This document shows, piece after piece, positions 1-8,450 of a DNA stretch of 25,164 bases (its first letter is position 1; every line of letters starts with the position of its first letter). The notes under the pieces are model-generated. The model did not search any database. It saw nothing but the letters and a program-made list of their open reading frames with translations, and had not been told where the DNA came from. Both the position numbers and the translations under genes were made by a program. The DNA comes from a virus (Duplodnaviria > Caudoviricetes). Location of the stretch: positions 1 to 25,164 of the IMG/VR virus record IMGVR_UViG_3300020161_001799, one strand, 5' to 3'.

Positions 1-99
1 GTTACCATAATATGTTGTGGCAGTTACACTACCAGAAACATTGACACCATTGTTGGTTACAGGTCCAACTAGGTTACCATAATATGTTGTGGCAGTTAC
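1..99 (-). repeat. 27-bp exact direct repeat with a 72-nt (24-aa) period inside the fibre gene
   Basis: gttaccataatatgttgtggcagttac occurs at 1-27 and 73-99, encoding VTATTYYGN twice. Confidence 0.9.
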
Positions 100-2106
100 G
101 ACACCTGTTACATTAATACCATTAGAAACAATTGCTGGTGCAACAAGAGATCTAATTGTACCAATACCAGTTATATGTAGGAAGGGAGCTTCAAGCTCAT
201 TTGCAGCACCTGCTGTAGCAAAGTTACTCCAGGTCGTACCATTAAATCCTTGGAATTGATTTGTAGAACTATTGTATATAAATGCACTTGCAAAAAGGAC
301 GGGATTCAGTGCAGTTCTTTCAGCAGTCGTAAGATTTGGTGGAGCAAAATACCCTCTATAAACAGAACTAGTATTTGCATACCTCATATCAAAGGCAGAA
401 ATTGGAATAAGAGTATTAATTCCAACTTTCCCGTTACTGCTTACTAAAACATTACCATTAATAACTCTTATGTTTCCATCAATTACTTGAAGTAAACCAG
501 CACCATTTAGAGAGTCTGAAAATACTTGTGTTGTTCCAATTCCAATAGTTCCATTATTTGGAGGTAAAATTATATTTCCTCCAGAGTATAATCTAACATT
601 TCCAGGAACACTTGTGGTATTAAGACCAATACTGTTTAAGAGTCCAATAGAATTTTTGGCATCAAATCCTACAGTTGGGGAATTTGTTCCGATTCCAAGT
701 GAACCACCAGATCCAACATTAACGTTGAAGAAAGTTGAAAATCCACTTTGAACGGAGACATTTTGAGATATGAACGAATTTGGATCACCAAGAACTGATG
801 TACCGTTGTATAAAACAGTTCCAGCAACTTCTATTCCACCAGCAAATCTTGCCGTACTACTGAAGGAAGAAACACCTACAACATGAAGGGATCCAAATGG
901 ATCTGTGATTCCGATTCCAAGACGACCTCCATAGGTCAAGGTCATCAATGCATTATTTGTTTGACCGTAGATCCAGTTATAACTTCCAGTATTAATACCT
1001 GAACTTCCACCATGAAGTGTAAATGATAGATCTCCAGTAGATTTATTTGAAAGATCAAAATTACCTCTGGTTACATAAGGATCCCACCTCAGGTAACCTG
1101 CCATATTACCTTGGCCGACAGAACTTCCGATAGAAATTCTTGGCGAACCACTAGCACTGGTCAATTCAATCGCAGCATTAGTATCTCTTGAAATAGATAG
1201 GGAATATAGGGGATTTGATGTTCCGATACCAACCTTAGCATTAACACTTGCACTAAATCCTGTTCCACCAGCACCTACATTAAATAGTCCACCTACAGTT
1301 GAAATACCTGGAATTGGTGCCGCAGTATTTCCTGTAATTTGAATAGAATTTGCAATAATGCTTGTTGCACTCAACAGACCAACATAAATGTCTGGATTGC
1401 CAGTTAAACCTCTTGCTGTACTTGCAATACCAACAACATCACCGATTAAAGTTCCAGAAAAATTCTGCGATGCTGTTAAAACTCCAGAAATTGTAAGATT
1501 TGTTGGGAATCTATCTTGGGCTAGGATTGGAAGTCTTGCGTTATCAAGTGTTCCTAGATTTATATTTCCAGCATCTACCTGAGTTAAGAAAGATCCAAGA
1601 CCAACAAAACTAAATGCAGTTACAATACCTGTAGAATATACATCTCCCTGAGAGTTAATTCCTACGCCTCTTTTACCAGCAACACCTGCCTGTGCGAGAT
1701 TTACTTGTCCTACTTGAAAAACATATCTCGGATCACGAGTTGAAACACCAACGTTTCCTACTGCATAAATGCTTGTAAATCCCAGTCCAACATCAACATC
1801 TTGCCATTGAGATGTTGGTAGATTATAAAGAGTTCCACCATTACCATAAAATGCAACCGCAGTAATAATTCCAGATGAATTTAATGTAATTCCAATTCCA
1901 ACTCTAAGGTCAGAGAATGTTGCAATTCCACTGGAATATACATTTGTAAAAGTTGCCAATCCAACGAACTTGGAAGTACCTCTTACATCTAAAATTTCAG
2001 TTGGGACGCTGGTCCCAATACCCACAAGACTGCCCTTAACAATAAAATCTTTATCATCAACCTGGACACCATTTTTAAAGTTAAATGACTTCCTGATATT
2101 CGCCAT
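1..2106 (-). CDS. Tail fibre / virion structural protein, 3'-truncated by the window edge (>=702 aa)
   Basis: ATG at 2106 reads MANIRKSFNFKNGVQVDDKDFIVKGSLVGIGTSVPTEILDVRG. It has VGIGT-type fibre motifs and is Gly/Thr/Ser-rich. The reading frame at position 1 (VTATTYYGN) matches the start frame. It is absent from the ORF track, consistent with no stop in the window. A GATAAATA late promoter lies just upstream. Confidence 0.85.
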   Translation of the reverse strand, partial: MANIRKSFNFKNGVQVDDKDFIVKGSLVGIGTSVPTEILDVRGTSKFVGLATFTNVYSSGIATFSDLRVGIGITLNSSGIITAVAFYGNGGTLYNLPTSQWQDVDVGLGFTSIYAVGNVGVSTRDPRYVFQVGQVNLAQAGVAGKRGVGINSQGDVYSTGIVTAFSFVGLGSFLTQVDAGNINLGTLDNARLPILAQDRFPTNLTISGVLTASQNFSGTLIGDVVGIASTARGLTGNPDIYVGLLSATSIIANSIQITGNTAAPIPGISTVGGLFNVGAGGTGFSASVNAKVGIGTSNPLYSLSISRDTNAAIELTSASGSPRISIGSSVGQGNMAGYLRWDPYVTRGNFDLSNKSTGDLSFTLHGGSSGINTGSYNWIYGQTNNALMTLTYGGRLGIGITDPFGSLHVVGVSSFSSTARFAGGIEVAGTVLYNGTSVLGDPNSFISQNVSVQSGFSTFFNVNVGSGGSLGIGTNSPTVGFDAKNSIGLLNSIGLNTTSVPGNVRLYSGGNIILPPNNGTIGIGTTQVFSDSLNGAGLLQVIDGNIRVINGNVLVSSNGKVGINTLIPISAFDMRYANTSSVYRGYFAPPNLTTAERTALNPVLFASAFIYNSSTNQFQGFNGTTWSNFATAGAANELEAPFLHITGIGTIRSLVAPAIVSNGINVTGVVTATTYYGNLVGPVTNNGVNVSGSVTATTYYGN

Positions 2107-2118
2107 CTTGTTTTTTAG

Positions 2119-5100
2119 TTATTTATCCTTGAGTTGATTCTCTAATTTTTCAACCTTAACTGTCAACTCTTTGATTGCTTCAATAAGAAGTGGAACAATC
2201 TTCTGATAATCGACTGCAAGATACCCATTATCTCTTAGAGTTACGATTTGTGGTAGAACTTCCTGAATTTCTTGAGCGACAACACCAACATCTTCACCAG
2301 TATGATGTGATTTATCATTCCAAGTGAATGTATTACCACTGATTGAAAGAACTTTTGCAAGAGGATCTGCAATTGCAGTGATATTATCTTTCAATCTTGC
2401 ATCAGAACTGTAGAATGCGGTGATGTCATCAGTAACACTCAGAATGCCAGTAATTGTGGTGTGAGTTGTAATTGCAACAACTCTTCCCGTTGTGGATCCA
2501 ATACTGAGGTTTCCAGTAGAAGAATCAATTGTATTTGGATCAGTGAGTCCAATTCTTACGTTTCTGAATGTTGCCCCTGTGCTGCAGTTAACTACACCAA
2601 CAAAGGTACTAATACCAGTTACAAGAGAAGAACCGCCGATAGAAACGTTATGTCCTACAAATACATTCTTCTCAACTCCAATTCCACCCTCAACAACAAG
2701 GCATCCCGTATCCTTGCTAACTGATTGTGTTGTATCAGTAATTGAAACAATATTGGTAACTTTAAGAGTATCATCAATGATTGTTGCACCATTGATTTTA
2801 ACTTCATTATTAAGAGTTACTGGTCCATCAAACTGGGAAAGTACAGTATTAGATGTTCCACCTTCAACCCTGATTCTTTCTTTTACAAGAACTTCATCAT
2901 ATGTAACGCTAAGACGTGAACTATCTTGTCCTGTTACTGTTGGGGTTGGGATATCAAAGGTAGTTTGAGTGCCTGAAGATGATGAATACTTAGTATTACC
3001 GATGAAGAAATCTCCATCATTATTCATACCAGTATAAACAACTAGTCCAGCAGAACTTTCCTGTGCTTGGGATAAGAATTGCTCTCTTTCGGTAAGAGTT
3101 CTGGTCTGAACCTGTGGAAGACCTGTTGAATAGTTTCCAGGACCATATCCAAGATATTCAAAGGTGTGCCCTGATGCACGAAGAATAGAAGGTCTTCTAA
3201 ACTCAATAGGAATTGGTTTAATCTTCTTGAGAAGTGAACTTGCACTATGATTTTCTCTTTGAGTACCAAGAACTCCTCTAATTACACTCAATTGATTATT
3301 ATTAACTCCACTTAAAGTGGAATTAGTAACTCTCATAATTTCATTATCTACTTGGATATAAGATCCAACAGGGAATCTAGTATTTGTAGAAATTCCAGAG
3401 GTTGGAGATGTTACAGCAAAACTAGTTTCTGAAGTAATATCCGAAGATAATGTTAGTTCATCATTTGCATAGATTGTAATCGTTCTTCCACCAAAATCAG
3501 TTTTCTCTGCATCAGATGCAGAGAAAAGTCCTTTCATAATATGAGTTGGAGATGCAATACTAGTATGTGTTTTAGCAGAGAATGTATTTACATTCACCTT
3601 CTCCTTCACAATGTAATTACCATAAGTTTGATAACTTGTAGTAATTACTCTGAATGAATTTCCTGCTAATAAACCGTGTGCGCTACTACAAACAAAAGTA
3701 GTAATCCCCGTAGTTGTATCATAAGTTGTGGAACTAATTGCAATTCCAGGACCTGCATTGATTGCATATTGTCCCACAATAATCGCATTTTCAGTAGATA
3801 AATTAGTATATACTGTAATTTGATTCTTCGCAGGAACGGAAGAAATTCTATAGTATCCACCAGATGTTGTTCCAATACCAGTTACTTGAAGAGTATCTCC
3901 AAATGTTGATGTAATTCCACTGTTTCTAACAGTAATTCCAGCACCAACACCAGCACCGATAGTAGCAGTATCAAACTCAAGTTTCTGACCGTCAATATAA
4001 GCAGAACCACCAGATATAATATCAATTGTATTAACTTGACCGCTAGAGATTTTAACTTTAGCAGTTGCACCTTGCCAAGTTGAAGTTCCTTGATTGAAAA
4101 GTTTTACATTATAGAACGTTCCATTATTGTATCCATTACCAGCAGAAAAACTATTACAGGTTACAATTCCAGATAATCCGTGCTCTCTATCAAAGGTAAG
4201 AGTTGTAGAATTAGATGCGGTTGTAACTCCAGTAATTGTATATCCTAAACCGAAATTAAGAACAAATTTATCTAAAGTTTCTCTAGTAATACTATTTTTG
4301 AGATCATTAGTAACAACAGAACCTAAAGGATTTCTCTTAGCATATGTTTTCGATGCTGGTGGATTATCATTGAGATTGTCCTTATCATTCTGAGGATAGA
4401 AATCATTTAAACTCTGACTATAATTGTATGAAGTAAATGTCGTTTCAACAGGATTACTTGAGTTAAGAACGTACAGTTGATAGATCCCATCTTGTACGTT
4501 GTAGATGTAAGGTGTTTTTACTTCACTTCTGTAAATATACAGATTTGTTCTATTATCGTTTATTGTAAATTTAGGAAGATTTAGATCCCTAACATTTGTA
4601 TTATTTGTAAATAATCCAACATCATGAACTACTCCATCAACATCGGTAGTTTGATATCTAAATGTTTTATCATCAACAATTGTGGTAACTGCAAATCTTC
4701 CATTAAATCCTAAATTATCAGTTGCAGTAGTATTTGTTGTACTCGAAACCTTTTGAATAAAAACGAGATCACCAACTTGAACGTTATGAGGAAGATCTGC
4801 AATAACTGTTACAGTTGTGGAAGAAACAGTACAGGTACTAATAAATCTTGGATTTCTATTAAAATCGTGATCGGAACTAGTAATAGTGTCTAGTGAAAAA
4901 TCAGAATTACTTCTTGCTCCCGTTGTGCTTGACTCCTGAATAATAAATCCTTCAGTTGGATCTTTAGAATTGACCGCTTCTTTCGGAATTACAACTTGGA
5001 ATTGATAGAGTTTATCATCCAAACTTCTATTATCATCATATCTTCTAATGTAAGAAACATTTGTCCTTATAGTTAGATTTACTACACCTTGAGATTTTAA

Positions 5101-7374
5101 TGCTCTATAAATCTCGTTATTTACATCAGTATGAACGTACCAGTTTCTATTGGTAGTATCATATTGAATTGGATGTCCGACATCACCTGAAGATTTGTCA
5201 GAAACAGAACTATAAACTACTAAGTTAGTTCCACCATAAACTGTAATTGATGTTCCATTATCAGCGTTTGTTTTAGAAGACGCCAATTTAATATCAGTTC
5301 CATTAACACGAATTGTATAGTATAATGTATTTTCAGTAATGTTTTCGGGAAGATCTCCAATATCACTGGTAATTCTAATTTTTTCACCAGTTTGTAAATC
5401 ATGTTGTTGATCTAAAGTGAAAACACTATCAACTGGTCCAGAGGCAATTCTATAACGTTTTTCTGGACTATATGATCCTGTTGAAACAGTTGTACCCGAT
5501 CCTATGATCGTGTTATTCATATAGATGTTTGCCTGACTGACACCAGCACCTATCTGAACGTAAACTTTTTCACCTTGTCTTGCACCAACACGATATCCTT
5601 GTGTTGATGTTGGTGGAATATCATCAGATGCACTGAATCCATAAAGATATAGATGACTTGAAATACCAACAGAAGTTGTTAGACCAACATCAAATGAAAT
5701 CCAGTCAATATTTTGTTCTGTTGATGTAACTGCTCTTGGGGGAATGATTGATGTAATGTATCCTTTATCATCCTTCGAGAATGCTGCCTTCTTAAATCCA
5801 TCCGAAGATAGTGAGAATTGTCCGAAGTTTGAGTTGGAGTTAGTGATCGAAGCATCACCACCAGATTGACAATCAAAGTGTCTATTAAATCCAATAGCAA
5901 ACACTGAAACGATCTGAATGATCGAATCATTAGACATCTTAATATGACTTGACAACCAACCTGGACGGTAAATTGCCCCAGAATCTAAGTGATAAACAGT
6001 ATCAAGATTAGTGGATGAAGATCCTGAAGACAACTCAGTTGCCGTTACCTTACTTATATTGATTCCATCATATAATCTCGAAGATGGATTATATTTGACA
6101 AAGGCACGGTCATCTTTTTGTAGAGAGACCGCAGTGAACTGCGCGACAACCATTGAACGGAAACCTGATGCTTTGGATCCATCAGCGAGCATTCCATTCA
6201 TACCCCATACAGAGCGTAGGGAGATGTTGAAAATATAAGGAGATGCACCAGATACAGTGTCGGTTTCAATAGTTACTGTTGCTCCAGTAGAACTAGGAGC
6301 AGGATCCAAATTGACTCTTACAGAAGGCAATAGGAAAGTAAATTGATTACTTGCAGTAACACTCTGAACTTTTGTTGAAACATTATAATCGTCTGTGCTA
6401 ACACCCTTGATTTTAATAGGTGTTCCTGCAGTAAATCCATGATCTGAAGCAGATGTAACTGTAATTACACTAGTAGGACTGAATCCATCACCAGAAATAA
6501 TCTTTTGAATCAGAATTGGATCCGCAGCAAATGCTCCAACAATTTCCCATTCCGCTCTTTGCTTAGCAAATCCAAGAGGAAGTGAAGGATATTTTTGATC
6601 GATATCTCTACCCGATGCAACGTTAAATGCATTAGATAGTTTCGCATAATACATATCAAGGTCAGTTAGGTCATAACCAGAAACCTTGTTTACACCATCA
6701 GCATACTCGAAACAAGTAAGTTTGTGGTGAGAGAATGTTGGTGTGGATTGATTATTAACTGAAAAATCTTGAGGATCCGTATATACTGATCCCGATTCTA
6801 AACCATCAAAGATTGAAAACTGCCAGAAGTAGCAAGTACCAGTGATTCTAAAGATTGCTGAGCGATTTACATTAGGATCAGTTGGATTCGGTACATACTT
6901 AGGACGAATCTTAGTTTTTCTAAGGTCTAGACCAACAATTGAAGTACCTCTAGGTACTATAACTCCACCATTAACACTATTGAACTTATAGAGAATGTTA
7001 TTTGGATCAGTTAAGTCAACTGAAGATTCTAATGTTAATCCTAATTCTAATTGTGCTGTATTACTTGTACCACCTGGAGAAACTGCAATAGCAGTTCCAG
7101 TTATATTTTGGAGAGCAAATCCAGGTCTGTTATCAAGAACGTGTTCGCCTGGAAATAGTAAAATAGTAGTTTTTTCTACAATATCGTTATTGCTACCTCT
7201 TAAGTATGAGAATCTTGCAGATTCAATAAGAGCTCTTTGAATCGTTTTAAAGGGTTTTGTTAAGGAATTACCTTGATTATCAATGCTATCAGTAGCATCA
7301 AGATCACTTGGATTAACATAAAGAATACGACCTTCTGTATTCTTAATAAAATTTTCAAGCTTATTAAGAGGCAT
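2119..7374 (-). CDS. Large virion structural / fibre protein with C-terminal S74 intramolecular chaperone
   Basis: 1751 aa. The N-terminal PFKTIQRAL motif is typical of beta-helix proteins, and there are about 5 TxxxxHG[LF]xxG-like repeats. The C-terminus reads SDARLKDNI...VGVVAQEIQEVLP...AVDYQKIVPLLIEAIKEL plus a coiled coil (S74 signature). Confidence 0.85.
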   Translation of the reverse strand: MPLNKLENFIKNTEGRILYVNPSDLDATDSIDNQGNSLTKPFKTIQRALIESARFSYLRGSNNDIVEKTTILLFPGEHVLDNRPGFALQNITGTAIAVSPGGTSNTAQLELGLTLESSVDLTDPNNILYKFNSVNGGVIVPRGTSIVGLDLRKTKIRPKYVPNPTDPNVNRSAIFRITGTCYFWQFSIFDGLESGSVYTDPQDFSVNNQSTPTFSHHKLTCFEYADGVNKVSGYDLTDLDMYYAKLSNAFNVASGRDIDQKYPSLPLGFAKQRAEWEIVGAFAADPILIQKIISGDGFSPTSVITVTSASDHGFTAGTPIKIKGVSTDDYNVSTKVQSVTASNQFTFLLPSVRVNLDPAPSSTGATVTIETDTVSGASPYIFNISLRSVWGMNGMLADGSKASGFRSMVVAQFTAVSLQKDDRAFVKYNPSSRLYDGINISKVTATELSSGSSSTNLDTVYHLDSGAIYRPGWLSSHIKMSNDSIIQIVSVFAIGFNRHFDCQSGGDASITNSNSNFGQFSLSSDGFKKAAFSKDDKGYITSIIPPRAVTSTEQNIDWISFDVGLTTSVGISSHLYLYGFSASDDIPPTSTQGYRVGARQGEKVYVQIGAGVSQANIYMNNTIIGSGTTVSTGSYSPEKRYRIASGPVDSVFTLDQQHDLQTGEKIRITSDIGDLPENITENTLYYTIRVNGTDIKLASSKTNADNGTSITVYGGTNLVVYSSVSDKSSGDVGHPIQYDTTNRNWYVHTDVNNEIYRALKSQGVVNLTIRTNVSYIRRYDDNRSLDDKLYQFQVVIPKEAVNSKDPTEGFIIQESSTTGARSNSDFSLDTITSSDHDFNRNPRFISTCTVSSTTVTVIADLPHNVQVGDLVFIQKVSSTTNTTATDNLGFNGRFAVTTIVDDKTFRYQTTDVDGVVHDVGLFTNNTNVRDLNLPKFTINDNRTNLYIYRSEVKTPYIYNVQDGIYQLYVLNSSNPVETTFTSYNYSQSLNDFYPQNDKDNLNDNPPASKTYAKRNPLGSVVTNDLKNSITRETLDKFVLNFGLGYTITGVTTASNSTTLTFDREHGLSGIVTCNSFSAGNGYNNGTFYNVKLFNQGTSTWQGATAKVKISSGQVNTIDIISGGSAYIDGQKLEFDTATIGAGVGAGITVRNSGITSTFGDTLQVTGIGTTSGGYYRISSVPAKNQITVYTNLSTENAIIVGQYAINAGPGIAISSTTYDTTTGITTFVCSSAHGLLAGNSFRVITTSYQTYGNYIVKEKVNVNTFSAKTHTSIASPTHIMKGLFSASDAEKTDFGGRTITIYANDELTLSSDITSETSFAVTSPTSGISTNTRFPVGSYIQVDNEIMRVTNSTLSGVNNNQLSVIRGVLGTQRENHSASSLLKKIKPIPIEFRRPSILRASGHTFEYLGYGPGNYSTGLPQVQTRTLTEREQFLSQAQESSAGLVVYTGMNNDGDFFIGNTKYSSSSGTQTTFDIPTPTVTGQDSSRLSVTYDEVLVKERIRVEGGTSNTVLSQFDGPVTLNNEVKINGATIIDDTLKVTNIVSITDTTQSVSKDTGCLVVEGGIGVEKNVFVGHNVSIGGSSLVTGISTFVGVVNCSTGATFRNVRIGLTDPNTIDSSTGNLSIGSTTGRVVAITTHTTITGILSVTDDITAFYSSDARLKDNITAIADPLAKVLSISGNTFTWNDKSHHTGEDVGVVAQEIQEVLPQIVTLRDNGYLAVDYQKIVPLLIEAIKELTVKVEKLENQLKDK
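2120..2127 (-). promoter_or_regulatory. T4-type late promoter (GATAAATA)
   Basis: Matches NATAAATA, lies just upstream of the ATG at 2106 and overlaps the upstream stop codon. Confidence 0.6.
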
Positions 7375-7406
7375 TGGATTATATCGACTAAAATATTTCT
7401 ATGTTT

Positions 7407-7413
7407 TATTTAG
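7407..7413 (-). promoter_or_regulatory. Possible variant late promoter (CTAAATA)
   Basis: About 32 nt upstream of the ATG at 7374, overlapping the stop of the upstream ORF. Confidence 0.4.
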
Positions 7414-7715
7414 TTGGTTAAATCTTCCCCATAATACTCATATTCCATATCATCTGGCATATCTTCGGGGTTCTCCAAGTCCAGTGGAAAGAAGCAAGGA
7501 TGTGCTTCTTCATCTATCAAATAGAAAGAGTTTTTATATAAGTCTTCTGGTTCATATCTATAATATTGGTCTGCTATTTTGACTAATTCTTTATCGTACA
7601 AGTGCCCGTCTGGTAGTTCATCAAATGTAAACGGAACTTGATTTATGAAATACATTTTAACTATCATGCTAGCTTCATTATACCAGCAGTATGCATGACT
7701 GATTTGATAAGACAT
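7410..7715 (-). CDS. Conserved cyanophage-type hypothetical protein (acidic, 101 aa)
   Basis: Clean ORF filling the intergenic space (VKMYFINQVPFTFDELP), preceded by AATAAATA. Confidence 0.8.
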   Translation of the reverse strand: MSYQISHAYCWYNEASMIVKMYFINQVPFTFDELPDGHLYDKELVKIADQYYRYEPEDLYKNSFYLIDEEAHPCFFPLDLENPEDMPDDMEYEYYGEDLTN

Positions 7716-7735
7716 TTGAGTATTTCAATATCTTA

Positions 7736-7743
7736 TATTTATT
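7736..7743 (-). promoter_or_regulatory. T4-type late promoter (AATAAATA)
   Basis: 20 nt upstream of the ATG at 7715, immediately after tRNA-Leu. Confidence 0.6.
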
Positions 7744-7746
7744 TTA

Positions 7747-7819
7747 TACCTGTGGTGAGATTCGAACTCACGCTTGATCGATTTTAAGTCGATTTCCTCT
7801 TCCGCTGGGATACACAGGC
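7747..7819 (-). tRNA. tRNA-Leu(UAA) by anticodon, with a short variable loop
   Basis: Acceptor GCCTGTG/CACAGGT-A, anticodon arm ATCGA-CTTAAAA-TCGAT, T arm GTGAG-TTCGAAT-CTCAC. No encoded CCA. Confidence 0.9.
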
Positions 7820-7851
7820 GTTTATAAGACTATTATAACACAATAGTCAAG

Positions 7852-7923
7852 TGCTCGTTGTCGGTTATGCTCCGACCTGTGCCGATTTATGAGATCGGTG
7901 CTTTCCTAGATAGCTAAACGAGC
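7852..7923 (-). tRNA. tRNA with CAU anticodon (Met or Ile2), non-canonical T-loop
   Basis: Acceptor GCTCGTT/AACGAGC-A, anticodon arm CCGAT-CTCATAA-ATCGG, T arm GTCGG-AGCATAA-CCGAC. Confidence 0.85.
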
Positions 7924-8309
7924 GTAATGAAACCATCATGTATTTTACGATGACAATTGGCACAAACTAAAATACATTTAGAAATTTCTTCTTGGATTTT
8001 TTTCCAAGAATTTCCTTGTATCATTTGTGCCACACCCTTTTCTTTTATATTAGGATCTAAATGATGATAATCCATACAACATGCTGGATGATATTCTCCG
8101 CAAGCAGAACAACAAATACTTTCTTTTAACTCAGTAAGATTCTTTTTATTTTGTTTTGCTCTGTTTTGCCTGTTTGCGTAATGCCTTGCTTTGTATTCTG
8201 GATCATTTTCAAGTTTATCCTTTAACCAGTTACGTTGATACTCTCGTATCAAATCACAATCTGCAGATGTCTTTCTTTTTCTAGGCATATTAAGTTGTAA
8301 ATAACTCAT
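7914..8309 (-). CDS. HNH endonuclease (putative free-standing homing endonuclease); the real start may be the ATG at 8288
   Basis: CSAC...DYHHLDP..K...EISKCILVCANCHRKIH is a zinc-finger HNH signature. The N-terminus is basic, and the gene sits between two tRNA genes. Confidence 0.85.
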   Translation of the reverse strand: MSYLQLNMPRKRKTSADCDLIREYQRNWLKDKLENDPEYKARHYANRQNRAKQNKKNLTELKESICCSACGEYHPACCMDYHHLDPNIKEKGVAQMIQGNSWKKIQEEISKCILVCANCHRKIHDGFITLV

Positions 8310-8334
8310 AACTATTTATTAAAGTTATGAGTTA
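8302..8334 (-). promoter_or_regulatory. 12-bp perfect hairpin enclosing a late promoter (AATAAATA, 8313-8320) at the 5' end of the HNH gene
   Basis: Minus strand reads TAACTCATAACT-TTAATAAAT-AGTTATGAGTTA, and the 3' arm contains the first ATG. Confidence 0.75.
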
Positions 8335-8335
8335 A

Positions 8336-8423
8336 TACGAGTGCCTGGATTCGAACCAGGTCAAAGCCGCTAATCTGGCGGAAAGAACTTATAAGATTCC
8401 TCTGACTACCAAGTCTCACTCGC
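8336..8423 (-). tRNA. tRNA-Ile(UAU) by anticodon, atypical: tiny D-loop and long variable arm
   Basis: Acceptor GCGAGTG/CACTCGT-A, D arm GACT-TGGT-AGTC, anticodon arm GGAAT-CTTATAA-GTTCT, variable arm CCGC-CAGATTA-GCGG, T arm CCTGG-TTCGAAT-CCAGG. Length 88 nt. Confidence 0.8.
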
Positions 8424-8425
8424 AT

Positions 8426-8450
8426 AAAAAACTCAGAATATTACTGAGCC
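8426..8450 (-). terminator. Possible weak intrinsic terminator or processing hairpin
   Basis: GGCTCAG-TAATATT-CTGAGTT followed by further Ts, spanning the stop of the Phd-like ORF and directly before tRNA-Ile. Confidence 0.4.

Noticed and set aside
1-99. CRISPR-like array (27-bp repeat with a 45-bp spacer)
   Set aside because: Only two copies are visible, the period is a multiple of 3 in a coding frame, and the spacers are similar at the protein level.
250-7240. Short plus-strand and alternate-frame ORFs (e.g. 250-447, 2492-2968, 3042-3269, 6995-7240)
   Set aside because: They lie wholly within long fibre genes, show no motifs, and look like shadow ORFs.
7747-7819. Group I intron in tRNA-Leu(UAA), as found in many cyanobacteria
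   Set aside because: The anticodon loop CTTAAAA is uninterrupted.
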